Below, piece by piece: positions 44,839 to 55,100 of a stretch of 64,000 nucleotides of DNA (position 1 is its first letter; every line of letters begins with the position of its first letter). The position numbers and the translations under genes were made by a program. Below the pieces are notes generated by a model. That model was not told the origin of the DNA. It made no database searches and saw only the letters and a program-made list of their open reading frames with translations. Origin of the DNA: an uncultured Acidimicrobiaceae bacterium (GTDB taxonomy: Bacteria > Actinomycetota > Acidimicrobiia > Acidimicrobiales > RAAP-2); the NCBI GenBank assembly GCA_963745665.1, contig CAVUYE010000003.1, forward strand, positions 466,492 through 530,491. Reading direction: 5' to 3'.

Positions 44839-46863
44839 TCACCCGGCATTGCGCTCGTAGAGGACCAGCCGGTCCTGCGGGAATCTCCAGACCTCGTGAT
44901 AGTTGGAAGGGACCTGGGGGTCGCTGATGCTCGGATCCTCATAGTGGAGAATGTAGCGATAAGACAGGGCGAGGGCAGATTCGATGGATTTGGCGTCTGT
45001 GGGCCCGAAGGTCCCCGTGAAAAAAAGCCCGTCGATGGTGATCTCACGACCGGAAAGGAAGCTCGCGGCGGCCACGAGATCCTGCGTCTTCGTCACCGTC
45101 GAGTACCCGTTGGAGCCGTCTGAGGCGTACATGAGGACGGTGGCCCCCTGGGGCACGACGGAAGAGATCTGCGCGAGCTTCAGGTTCGTCGGCGACAGCA
45201 TTCCCGGCTGATGGATGAAGAAGGCTTCGTCCGTCGCCGTTGCACCGAGTTGAAAGAGGAGTATGAGGCCGACCGCGCACGACAGTCCCAGCGTCCCGAG
45301 TGTCAGGAACCTCGTGCGGCCCGAAGCGGCGTGTCGTGCCGGTGGGCGGACCTTGGCGCGCGACCAGAGCTGGTCGATTCCGTAGGTTGCCAGAACGCAC
45401 GCGATCGGTAGCAGGTACATGACCGAGAGCACGGAGCCGAAACCGCCACGATTGTCGATGAACACACCCACGCCGTAGAGCAGGGGAACGATCAGGCAGG
45501 CGGCGGGCAGCAGCCTCCGCAGAGTCACCAGGCGCACCGCCCCGAAGACAGCCAGAGCGATGGCGGCCAGCGCGATGACAATGGCCAGATCGCTCAAGAC
45601 CGAGGTCCAGAAGAGCGGCTTCACTGCGGCGAAGGGTGCGATGCCGGCCATCCGGTACGCGTACTGGACCGGCGCGAGGCCGGCCAGGTACTCAAACGGG
45701 TACTGGATGAAGAAGAGAGATCGCCCGTATCCCGTCTGCAGCACCCAGGCATGCAGTCCGCCGTCGAAGAGCAGCCATCGGATGTTCTGGATCCCGAAGA
45801 CGATGCCGCTCGCGGCGAAGGCACCCACGACCCGCCAGGGGACCGAGGAACGGTCGCGGACAGCCGGGGCCAGCACGACGATGGCACCCCCGGCGACTGC
45901 GGCCACCGTGATCAGAAAGGCCGGCATGTACACGCCCGCCAACACTGCGGTGACGGCCCCGGCGAGGATTGCCGTGCCCACGCTGCGTTTCGTGAAGGCG
46001 AGGATGAACAGGAGGATGGCCGCCAGCATCAACGCCGTACCCCGCGCCGCCTGGGCCAACCCGAACCCGGAGAGAAAGAAGCGGGACTGGTTGGTCCCGA
46101 CCAGGAGAAGGCCGAGTACGGCGATGATCCGAGAAGTCCCCAACGCCGAGCGCAGCAAGAGGTAGACCACGCAGGAACCGAGCGAGAGGCAGACCGCCGT
46201 GAGCACGTCGACGAGCTGGTATGCGTGCAACCCGAAGATCGTGAGGAGCCCTCCGTCGACCGTTCCCGCGCTACCGGGGTAGACGTTCGTCGGCAACAGC
46301 CACAGGAGGGGTGAGACATACGCGGTGGCGTGGGGGGCCGCGTAGGCATGGCCCTGCATGTAGGCGGCCGTGGGAGCCCACGTAAACAGATCGTCGCCGC
46401 TGAAGTTGGCCAGCGTCAGGGTCCCGATGTGGAGGACCGGGAGTTGGAGGACCAGGGCGACCACGAGGCCGAAGGCCAGCAGGATGGCGATGTCCACGCG
46501 GGCGGCCGAGACCTTCGCGATCGTCGAGCGCCATCTGAGGCCGACGACGACGAGGGAGAAGCAACCGAATACCGCGCAGGTGGTGACGATCACCGGGCCG
46601 CTGGCGAAATGCGGCGAGAGCCACTGCGAGGCCAAGTACAAGATCGCCAGACCGACGAACGGTGCGAGGAGCAACTCGGTGCCGCCACAGTCCGGGGCCA
46701 GCAGGACGACGGCTCCGAGACCCACGATGGTCAACAGCGCGGTGATGCCGACCACCAGCAGGAGGACCTCGAGAACAATCAATGGGGGCGGCCTCCCTAC
46801 CCTCGGTCGATCCGGACACGGCGTGGCGGGCGACGCGTGCCCAGAAGACTGGGACCGCAGCAT
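44839..46863 (-). CDS. large polytopic membrane protein with C-terminal extracytoplasmic domain (polymerase or GT-C-like candidate)
   Basis: 674-aa ORF with at least 12 hydrophobic helices, then an about 150-aa soluble tail. No family was recognised. An alternative TTG start at 46782 follows GGGAGG. Confidence 0.6.
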   Translation of the reverse strand: MLRSQSSGHASPATPCPDRPRVGRPPPLIVLEVLLLVVGITALLTIVGLGAVVLLAPDCGGTELLLAPFVGLAILYLASQWLSPHFASGPVIVTTCAVFGCFSLVVVGLRWRSTIAKVSAARVDIAILLAFGLVVALVLQLPVLHIGTLTLANFSGDDLFTWAPTAAYMQGHAYAAPHATAYVSPLLWLLPTNVYPGSAGTVDGGLLTIFGLHAYQLVDVLTAVCLSLGSCVVYLLLRSALGTSRIIAVLGLLLVGTNQSRFFLSGFGLAQAARGTALMLAAILLFILAFTKRSVGTAILAGAVTAVLAGVYMPAFLITVAAVAGGAIVVLAPAVRDRSSVPWRVVGAFAASGIVFGIQNIRWLLFDGGLHAWVLQTGYGRSLFFIQYPFEYLAGLAPVQYAYRMAGIAPFAAVKPLFWTSVLSDLAIVIALAAIALAVFGAVRLVTLRRLLPAACLIVPLLYGVGVFIDNRGGFGSVLSVMYLLPIACVLATYGIDQLWSRAKVRPPARHAASGRTRFLTLGTLGLSCAVGLILLFQLGATATDEAFFIHQPGMLSPTNLKLAQISSVVPQGATVLMYASDGSNGYSTVTKTQDLVAAASFLSGREITIDGLFFTGTFGPTDAKSIESALALSYRYILHYEDPSISDPQVPSNYHEVWRFPQDRLVLYERNAG

Positions 46864-47010
46864 AAGGCAGGGCCGCCGACGGTTCGGAGCAGTCCGGGGC
46901 CCGGATTCCCGGCCCCGAGGGAGCGCCGGGATGTCTCGTGGCCGGACAGGGACGCTGCCCTCGCGTCCCGCCCCTTCGGGTCACGAGAAGCGGCGAACCC
47001 AAGGGATATA

Positions 47011-48078
47011 GTGTCGCCGTCAGCCGAGGAAGTGCCGGCGAGCGCGCCACTTCCGGGAGCAGGGAAATTGTCCTTCATCTATGAAACTGCAGTCGATCCT
47101 GACGCCGACAACAACAGCCATGCCTTCGCTCTCTCGCTGATCGGCTACAACAAGTCCGTTCTGGAGGTCGGCTGCTCCACCGGCTACCTCACGAAGGTGT
47201 TGACCGAGCGGGGCTGCAACGTCGTGGGGATCGAGATCGACCCGGAGGCGGCCGAGGTCGCCGAGCAGTGGGCCGAGCGGGTCGTGGTGGGCAACATCGA
47301 CGAGGGCGACGTCTGGAACTACGTCAAGGATGAGGCATTCGACGTGGTCGTGCTCGGTGATGTGCTCGAGCATCTGCGTGACCCGCTCGGCTCGCTGAGG
47401 CAGGCCGTTCGGAAGATCAAGTCGACCGGCTTCGTGGTCACTTCGCTTCCCAACATTGCGCACGGTGACGTACGCATTGCACTGCTGCAGGGTCGGTTCC
47501 GCTACTCGGAGACCGGGCTCCTGGACCGGACGCACATGCGCTTCTTCACCCTCGAGACGATCCGTGAACTGATGAGCCAGGCGGGGCTCGTGGTCGTGGA
47601 CACGAGGCGCGTCGTGATGCCGCTGTTCCATTCAGAGCTCGGGGTCAAGCGGAGCGATGTGAATCACAAGACGCTCGATGAGCTGCACGCGGACCCCGAA
47701 GTCGAGTCCTACCAGTTCGTGATGAAGTCAGTTCGTGACAACGGCGACGTGGCCGTGGCCGAGCTGGCTGGTCGGGTCCAGGAACTGACGGACCGTGTGC
47801 ACAATCAGCGGATGCGCATCGCCCTGATCAGGAAGGCGCTCCGGGACAACAGGATCCTCGACGAGCACCTCGACGAGCACAAACGGTACATCGAGGCGTT
47901 GGAAGGTCACGTCTCCGGCCTGGAGCACAACATCGCGGTCCTGAACGACGGGTACGCGGCATCCGAGGCGAGGTATCAGGCCCTCCTCGCCACAAGCCCG
48001 TCGGCGTCGGCGGGCGTCACCTCCCGGGCCAAGGGCGTCTATCGCCGGATGTTCCGCGGCTCGAAGAACGCGGGCTGA
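47011..48078 (+). CDS. class I SAM-dependent methyltransferase with C-terminal coiled-coil
   Basis: ORF 46330..48078 trimmed to the GTG at 47011. Motif I is VLEVGCSTGYLT. The C-terminal about 100 aa are heptad-like (ELAGRVQELTDRVHNQRMRIALIRKAL...). Confidence 0.75.
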   Translation: MSPSAEEVPASAPLPGAGKLSFIYETAVDPDADNNSHAFALSLIGYNKSVLEVGCSTGYLTKVLTERGCNVVGIEIDPEAAEVAEQWAERVVVGNIDEGDVWNYVKDEAFDVVVLGDVLEHLRDPLGSLRQAVRKIKSTGFVVTSLPNIAHGDVRIALLQGRFRYSETGLLDRTHMRFFTLETIRELMSQAGLVVVDTRRVVMPLFHSELGVKRSDVNHKTLDELHADPEVESYQFVMKSVRDNGDVAVAELAGRVQELTDRVHNQRMRIALIRKALRDNRILDEHLDEHKRYIEALEGHVSGLEHNIAVLNDGYAASEARYQALLATSPSASAGVTSRAKGVYRRMFRGSKNAG

Positions 48079-48085
48079 GGGATCG

Positions 48086-49708
48086 GTGCCCGAGCCCTCA
48101 CCGCCTGCCACCCAACAGGCCCCGCAGGTCCTCGCCTTCTACTTGCCGCAGTTCCACCATGTGCCGGAGAACGATGCGTGGCACGGTCGGGGCTTCACCG
48201 AGTGGAACGTCGTGGCCCAGAGCAAGCCGCTCTATCCCGGGCACCGTCAGCCCGATCTTCCGGGTGAACTCGGCTTCTACGACCTGCGTGTCCCCGAGAC
48301 CCGCTACCTGCAGGCCCGGCTGGCCCGAGAGCACGGGGTCACCGGCTTCCTGTACTACCACTACTGGTTCAACGGCCGCCGCATGTTGGGCCGGCCGTTC
48401 CAGGAGGTGCTCGAATCCGGCCATCCCGATTTCCCGTTCGCGCTGTGCTGGGCCAATGAGAGCTGGTACAGAAGATGGCAGGGAACGCTCGACGAGATGA
48501 TTCTGGAGCAGTCGTTCAGCGACGAGGACGACATCGCACACATCCGGTGGCTCATCACGTGCTTCAAGGACCCTCGCTACATTCGCGTCCACGGGCGACC
48601 GCTGCTCGCCGTCTATCGGCCTTTCAACCTGCCCGATGCGTGGCGTACCGCCGAGCTCTGGCGGCGGGAATGCGAGCAGGCGGGCATGGAGGCTCCATGG
48701 CTCGTCATGTTCGAAACAGGTGACGAACTCGATGACCCGGCCACCTTGGGGTTCGACGCCAGCGCTGAATTCGTGCCACACCATCTCCCGCAGCTGGTCG
48801 GCAAAGAGCCCCACCGCTTCGGCCTCGAGAAGTCGCACCGCATCTACGAGTACGAGCAGGTGGCATCGGCCTATCTCAACCGTCCCGCTGTCGGCTGGCA
48901 GCGCTACCCCTGCGTGCCGACGGCTTGGGACAACGCGCCCCGTCGGCAAAACGGCGAAGCCTTGATCCTGCACGATTCGACACCCGAACGCTACGCGCGG
49001 TGGTTGGACGAAGCAGTGGCACGGCAGAGTCGTGCGGCAGGGCGCGACGGCATCGTCTTCATCAATGCGTGGAACGAATGGGCCGAGGGTGCGCACCTGG
49101 AGCCGGACAACTTCTGGGGGAGGGCATACCTCGAAGCCACGCGGGAGGTCCTGCGGGATCGCTTCGGCGTGGGAGCGGACATCTCGGAACTGCCCGAGCC
49201 GGTTCATCCACAGGCGGTGGCCAGCGAGGACCTCTATCACGCCCTGTACGAGCAATTCGTCGGGCTGCAACAAGGAGCGAGCAGCATCCTGTCGTTTGCG
49301 GATCGCCGGGTCCAAGAACAGAGGAGGCACTACGAGTCGAAGCTGGGATGGGCGCGCTACGAAGCCGATCAGATCGTGGAAATGAACGAGTGGCTGGTCG
49401 ATCAGCTCGAACTGCAGTCGGACCGCTTGCGGGACCTCGCCGTACCCGACGTGCCATCGACGGATTGGCTGACCGGCCGGACGGCGGTCCCCGGATCTCA
49501 CGGTCAGGGCGTCGTCGACGTCGATGCGGACGATGAGGCCTCGGTTGCCGAGCAGCTCGACGGCGTGGACCCCGACGAGGATGACGAGGATGACGAGAAG
49601 GCAATTGCGGCGCGCGCCAAGGACGATCTTCGACGCGACGAGGGGTTCGACGACCCACCCGGTGAGAGCATGCCCTTGTGGATGCTCGACGTCCACGCGT
49701 CCGACTGA
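48086..49708 (+). CDS. WbsX-family glycosyl transferase/hydrolase-like protein with coiled-coil and acidic tail
   Basis: 540-aa ORF with the motifs AFYLPQFHHVPENDAWHGRGFTEWN, CWANESW and INAWNEWAEGAHLEP. The tail is rich in D/E (DPDEDDEDDE). Confidence 0.75.
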   Translation: MPEPSPPATQQAPQVLAFYLPQFHHVPENDAWHGRGFTEWNVVAQSKPLYPGHRQPDLPGELGFYDLRVPETRYLQARLAREHGVTGFLYYHYWFNGRRMLGRPFQEVLESGHPDFPFALCWANESWYRRWQGTLDEMILEQSFSDEDDIAHIRWLITCFKDPRYIRVHGRPLLAVYRPFNLPDAWRTAELWRRECEQAGMEAPWLVMFETGDELDDPATLGFDASAEFVPHHLPQLVGKEPHRFGLEKSHRIYEYEQVASAYLNRPAVGWQRYPCVPTAWDNAPRRQNGEALILHDSTPERYARWLDEAVARQSRAAGRDGIVFINAWNEWAEGAHLEPDNFWGRAYLEATREVLRDRFGVGADISELPEPVHPQAVASEDLYHALYEQFVGLQQGASSILSFADRRVQEQRRHYESKLGWARYEADQIVEMNEWLVDQLELQSDRLRDLAVPDVPSTDWLTGRTAVPGSHGQGVVDVDADDEASVAEQLDGVDPDEDDEDDEKAIAARAKDDLRRDEGFDDPPGESMPLWMLDVHASD

Positions 49709-49726
49709 CCCCCATCTTTTTCGGGC

Positions 49727-50653
49727 GTGGCAGGATTGACCATGGCAATGAGCACAAGCACCGACTCCAGACGGGCTGCGGCTTGCCCTTGGTGCGGAGC
49801 CTCGATGTCCGCCGCGGTTTCCGAGGGCTTCTCGGTGGCGCGCTGTGGAGAGTGCGCCACGGCCTTCACCTGGCCGGTTCCGAGTGATGCAGAACTCGAT
49901 GCGGCCTATGGGAAGTGGTATCGCCCGAAGCAGGGCCGCTTCAGTGGCCCGGGCGACCGTCTCCTACGATGGACCCGGTCGACCCTGGCCCGCCGCATCG
50001 ACAAAGCGGCTCCCCCCGGTCGAATCCTCGACGTGGGCGCCGGTGACGGCACCTTGGTGGCCGCCCTCCGGTCGACCGGGCGCGATGCCATAGGCCTGGA
50101 GCGCTCGGCGTCCGGTCCGTATGTCCGGAGCGGGGAGGTCAGCAATGTCGGCGGCCGATGGGCAGCCATCGTGTTCTGGCACTCGCTGGAGCACCTGCGC
50201 AGGCCCGCCGCGACGATTGCCGATGCGATTGCCCTGCTGGAACCCCGGGGCCTTCTCGTCGTGGCTGTGCCCAACTACGACAGCCTGCAGGCCCGCCTGT
50301 TCGGTGACCGGTGGTTCGCTCTGGATCTGCCTCGGCATCTCGTCCACTTCGACGCTCCGGCCCTCGTCTCGGGCTTGGAGGACCTCGGCCTGCGAGTCGA
50401 GAGGCAGAGCTACGTGCGAGGAGGCCAGCTGTTCTTCGGGTGGGTCAACGGCCTCGTGGGCTGCCTTCCCGGCCGGCCGGATCTCTATGCCGCCATCCGG
50501 CGCCCTGCGGCCCGGGACCAGGCGCTGAGCGACAGGAAGCGGATGTGGGCGTTCCTCGCCGCCCTGTGCATGTCCCCGTTGGCGCTCCTGGCCTCCGCCG
50601 TCGAAATGGCCCTGCGTCGAGGTGGGACGCTGTATGTGGAGGCGCGGAACTGA
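49727..50653 (+). CDS. class I SAM-dependent methyltransferase with N-terminal zinc-ribbon
   Basis: CPWCG...CGEC zinc ribbon and motif I ILDVGAGDGTLV. There is a C-terminal hydrophobic helix. The start is GTG 49727 or ATG 49742. Confidence 0.75.
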   Translation: MAGLTMAMSTSTDSRRAAACPWCGASMSAAVSEGFSVARCGECATAFTWPVPSDAELDAAYGKWYRPKQGRFSGPGDRLLRWTRSTLARRIDKAAPPGRILDVGAGDGTLVAALRSTGRDAIGLERSASGPYVRSGEVSNVGGRWAAIVFWHSLEHLRRPAATIADAIALLEPRGLLVVAVPNYDSLQARLFGDRWFALDLPRHLVHFDAPALVSGLEDLGLRVERQSYVRGGQLFFGWVNGLVGCLPGRPDLYAAIRRPAARDQALSDRKRMWAFLAALCMSPLALLASAVEMALRRGGTLYVEARN

Positions 50654-50666
50654 TCCTCGGACCTGG

Positions 50667-50697
50667 CCTCTGAGCCCGTCGGGCGTCGCCTCAGAGG
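50667..50697 (+). terminator. 8-bp GC-rich hairpin after the glycan island
   Basis: CCTCTGAG-(15 nt)-CTCAGAGG begins 14 nt after the stop at 50653. There is no U-tract. Confidence 0.25.
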
Positions 50698-50806
50698 GGG
50701 CGCCGCGGTTGGGAAGGACGGGTAGGAGCGGCTACGCTGGTGGGCCGTTCGCCGGAGGCCTCGCGCCGTCCGCGACCGCCGCGCTCGCCACCTGAGGAGA
50801 TCCACA

Positions 50807-51478
50807 ATGGCCGAAGTCGTACTCGCCGCCGAAGTCGGGCGCCCCACGGGCTCGCGCGCCGTGCGCCGCCTGCGGCGTGAGGGGAAGATCCCCGCCGTCA
50901 TCTACGGCCACGGGACCGACCCGTTGCCGGTGGCGATCGTGGCCCGCGAGCTCCGCATCGCGCTCAACAGCGAGGCCGGGGCCAACCAGCTCCTGTCCAT
51001 CGACACGGGCTCGGGCACATATCTCGCCCTGGCCCGCGAAATGCAGCGCCACCCCGTCGCCCAGACGGTGACGCATGTGGACTTCATCATCGTGCGCCGC
51101 GACGAGGTCATCAGCGCCGACGTGCCGATCGTCCTCGTGGGCGAGGCGCTCGAGGTGAGCCACGGCGACGGGTTGGTCGAACAGCAGATGTTCACGCTGG
51201 CCATCAACGCGCTGCCGACCGCCATCCCCTCCGCCATTGAGGCGGACATCAGCGAGCTCGTCATTGGTGGGCAGGTGCGGGTCTCCGACCTGTCGCTGCC
51301 GACCGGTGTGACGACCGATATCGACCCCGAGACGGCGGTCGCCATCGGGCAGCCGCCGCGTGTCATCGTCGAGGAAGAGGCGGCGGAAGGCGAGGGCGGC
51401 GAAGAGGGTGCCGAGGCCGGCGCCGGCGCGGAGTCGGCCGGGGACGCATCGGCCGAGGCGGGCAGCGAAGAGAGCTAG
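50807..51478 (+). CDS. rplY: 50S ribosomal protein L25 / general stress protein Ctc
   Basis: 223-aa ORF with the motifs RRLRREGKIPAVIYGHG and HVDF. It has an acidic Ala/Glu tail. GAGGAG lies upstream. Confidence 0.9.
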   Translation: MAEVVLAAEVGRPTGSRAVRRLRREGKIPAVIYGHGTDPLPVAIVARELRIALNSEAGANQLLSIDTGSGTYLALAREMQRHPVAQTVTHVDFIIVRRDEVISADVPIVLVGEALEVSHGDGLVEQQMFTLAINALPTAIPSAIEADISELVIGGQVRVSDLSLPTGVTTDIDPETAVAIGQPPRVIVEEEAAEGEGGEEGAEAGAGAESAGDASAEAGSEES

Positions 51479-51538
51479 GCCCTGCGCCGCCCTTTTGCCC
51501 GGTCCGAGCACCGGGGGACACCGGCGGACCTGCTCGTC

Positions 51539-52102
51539 GTGGGGCTGGGAAACCCTGGAGCGGAATTCGCCGGGAGCCTGCACAATGCCGGGTCCGACAC
51601 GGTCGAGCTGCTGGCGGAGCGCCACGGCGCATCGTTGCGGGCCGAGAAGGGCGTCCAGGCGCGGGCCGCCGTGGTGACGCTCGCCGGCCAGCGGGTGGTG
51701 CTGGGTATTCCGACGACGTACATGAACGACTCGGGGTCGCCCGTCCGCGCGCTGGCTACGCGCTTCGGGATCGACGAGCCGGCGTCCATCGTGATCGTCC
51801 ATGACGAGCTCGACCTGCCGCCCGGCACCGTACGACTGAAGGCGGGAGGTGGCCTGGCCGGCCATAACGGGCTGCGCTCGGTGCAGTCGCACCTGCGCTC
51901 CGCGGATTTCCTGCGGGTGCGCATCGGGGTGGGGAAGCCGCCCAGCGCGGCCCAGGGCGCGTCGCACGTGTTGCGCCGGCCACCCAAGGCGGTGCGCGAG
52001 CTGCTGGCCGCGTCTGTGCAGATCGCGGCCGACGCCGTCGAGCACATCGCCGCCGACGGGATGGACGCCGCCATGCTGTGGTGCCACTCGCTGCCCACCT
52101 GA
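51539..52102 (+). CDS. pth: peptidyl-tRNA hydrolase
   Basis: Motifs present: GLGNPG, HNAG, MNDSG and GGLAGHNGLRS. GTG 51539 lies inside the conserved LVVGLGNPG segment, so the true start may be an upstream non-canonical codon. Confidence 0.9.
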   Translation: MGLGNPGAEFAGSLHNAGSDTVELLAERHGASLRAEKGVQARAAVVTLAGQRVVLGIPTTYMNDSGSPVRALATRFGIDEPASIVIVHDELDLPPGTVRLKAGGGLAGHNGLRSVQSHLRSADFLRVRIGVGKPPSAAQGASHVLRRPPKAVRELLAASVQIAADAVEHIAADGMDAAMLWCHSLPT

Positions 52103-52105
52103 TCG

Positions 52106-55100
52106 ATGACGACCGTCCCCCCGAGCCCTTTGCCGGCCCCTGACGGGCCTGCCGCCCCTCCGTCGGCCACCGCCGCCAGCCTGGCCGCAGTGCCGCGGCT
52201 GCTGCGCGGCGACCCCGCGCTGGCGGTGCTCATCGGGGCGGCCGACGGCACCGTCGCCGTCCCCGAAGCGGCGCAGGCGGTCGTCGTGGCGGCGCTCGCC
52301 GCCTTCACCCAGCGCACCCCACTTCTGGTGGTGACCGCCACCGGCCTGGACGCCGAGCGGTTGGGCGACGACCTCTCCTGTCTGATCGCACCCGCAGGTG
52401 ACGAGACCGCGGAAACCGGCACCGGGCCGGTGGTCGGCGCGCTGGCGGGATCGGTCACGGTGCTACCGGCATGGGAGACCCTGCCCTTCGAACGGGTCAG
52501 CCCCGAGATCGAGACGATGGGTCGTCGCCTCGCCGTGCTGCACGCGCTGACCGGAACGCCCGACCCCGCCCTTCCCCCACCACCACGGGTCATCGTGGCG
52601 CCGGTACGCGCACTCCTGCAGCGGCTGGGGCCGCTGCAGGGGACGGCGCCCATCGTCGTCCACCCGGGGCAGCAGGTCGATGTGGCGGAGCTGCTGCCGG
52701 CGCTGGTGGCCATGGGCTACCGGCGCGAGCACCAGGTGGAGCACCGCGGCGAGTTCGCCGTGCGCGGCGGCATCGTCGACGTCTTCCCTTCCACGGCCGA
52801 CGTGCCCGTCCGCATCGACCTGTGGGGCGACGAGGTCGACCGGCTGACCGCGTTCTCCGTCAGCGACCAGCGCTCGTCGCACGACCTGCGCGCCGTCGCG
52901 CTGTACGGCAGTCGCGAGCTGGTCGTTACGCCGGCGCTGCGCGATGCCGCCCGCGTGCTCGAGACACGCCGGCCCTGGGGGGCGGCGGTGTGGGCGCACC
53001 TGGCCGAGGGCGAGCAGTTCGACGGCATGGAGTCGTGGCTCCCGTTCCTCGACGGCGCCGCACGGGTCCTGCCCGACCTGCTGCCGGCCGGAGCACAGGT
53101 CGTGCTGGTGGAGCCGCGCCGGATCAGAGACCGCGGCATGCAGCTGCTCGACGAGGAGGCCGCGCTGGCGGAGACGCTAGCGAGCACGTGGGGGGCGAAG
53201 GAGGGCGAGGAGGAGAGCTTCCCGCGCCTGCACGTGCCCTTCGATCGCCTGCTCCGCGAGAGCGCCGCCGGCGTCACCGCCCTGCCACCGGTCCCCGAGG
53301 GGCCCGACACGGCGGCGCTCACGGTGCGCCGGTTCGACCCGGTGGCAGGAGACCCCGCCCGGCTGGCCGCCGGGGTGACGGCCCTGGCCGGCCGGGGCTA
53401 TGCCGTCACCCTGTGCGCCGCCACGGCAGCCGGGGCGGGACGGCTCTCCGCCGGGCTGGCGGCCGAGGGCGTGCACGCACCGGTGCTGGCGGCGGCGCCC
53501 GGCAGCCCGGGGGTCTGCGTGGTGGCGGCCCCGCTCACAAGCGGGTTCATCCTCCCTGAGGCCAAGGTGGCGGTGCTCTCCGAGACCGACGTGACCGGAA
53601 GACGGGTGCCCCACCGGCGGGCACGCCCGCGGGCCCGGGCGGCCGACGGCTTCTTCGACGACCTGGAGGCCGGGAGCTTCGTGGTGCACCGCCAGCACGG
53701 GGTGGCGCGCTTCGAGGGTGTGACCACGCGGACGATGGGCGGGACCACCCGCGACTATCTGATCCTGCAGTACCGGGGGTCGGACCGTCTCTACCTGCCC
53801 GTCGAGCAGATCGAGGCCATCACCCCCTACACCGGAGGCGAGTCCCCGACGCTGTCGAAGATGGGCGGCGCCGACTGGCAACGCACCCGGGCCAAGGCCC
53901 GCGCCGCGGCCAGTGAGGTGGCGGCCGAGCTGGTCGAGCTGTATCGCCGCCGCCTGGCTGTCGAGGGCAGGGCGTTCGGCCCGGACACGCCCTGGCAGAC
54001 CGAGATGGAGGCGTCCTTCGGGTTCGTCGAGACCGAGGACCAGCTGAAGGCCATCGCGGACGTGAAGGCCGACATGGAAGAGCCGCGGCCGATGGACCGT
54101 CTGGTGTGCGGCGACGTCGGTTTCGGCAAGACGGAGGTGGCGCTGCGGGCCGCCTTCAAGGCGGTGCAGGACGGGACCCAGGCCGCCGTGCTGGCGCCGA
54201 CCACGCTGCTGGCCAGCCAGCACGCCCAGACCTTCGCCGACCGCTTCGCCCCATACCCGGTCCGGGTCGAGCTGCTCAGCCGATTCCTCTCATCGGCGCA
54301 ACAGCGCCAGGTCGTGCAGGGCCTGGCCGACGGGAGCGTGGACGTCGTCGTCGGGACCCACCGCCTGCTGGCCCAGGACGTGCAATTCAAGGACCTCGGC
54401 CTCCTGGTCGTCGACGAGGAGCAGCGCTTCGGGGTGTCGCACAAGGAAGCGGTCAAGCGCATGACCGAGGGCGTCGACGTGCTCACGTTGACGGCCAGCC
54501 CGATCCCGCGCACGCTGGAGATGGCGCTGACCGGCATCCGCGACCTCTCGATGGTCAACACGCCACCCGCCGACCGTCGGCCGATCCTCACCTATGTCGG
54601 GGAGCAGGATCCCTCCGCCATCAGCGAGGCCCTCCGGCGCGAGATGCTGCGCGAGGGGCAGGCCTTCTATGTCCACAACCGCGTGTCGGACATCGACCGG
54701 GTCGCCCGCGACATCCGCGCCATGGTGCCCGAGGCCAGGGTGGCGGTGGCCCACGGCCAAATGGACGAAGGAACCCTTGAGACCGTCGTGCTCGACTTCT
54801 GGGAGCGGCGCTATGACGTGCTGGTGTGCACCACCATCATTGAGTCGGGCATCGACATGCCTTCGGTCAACACGCTCATTGTGGACCGGGCCGACCTGCT
54901 CGGACTGGGCCAGCTGCACCAGATCAGGGGCCGCGTGGGACGGAGCGGCCAGCGGGCCTACGCCTACCTGTTCCACCCGGTGGACCGGGTGCTCTCCGAG
55001 CAGGCTTACGAGCGACTGCGCACGATCGGCGAGCACACGGAGCTGGGCTCGGGGTTCAAGATCGCCATGCGTGACCTCGAGATCCGGGGCGCCGGGAACC

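Noticed and set aside
51479-51541. Possible missing N-terminus or frameshift in pth, because the only canonical start (GTG 51539) lies within the conserved LVVGLGNPG motif.
   Set aside because: The in-frame upstream codons (…DLLVV) are continuous with no frame jump. A CTG (51530) or the GTG itself can serve as the start. This is too minor and uncertain to list as a finding.
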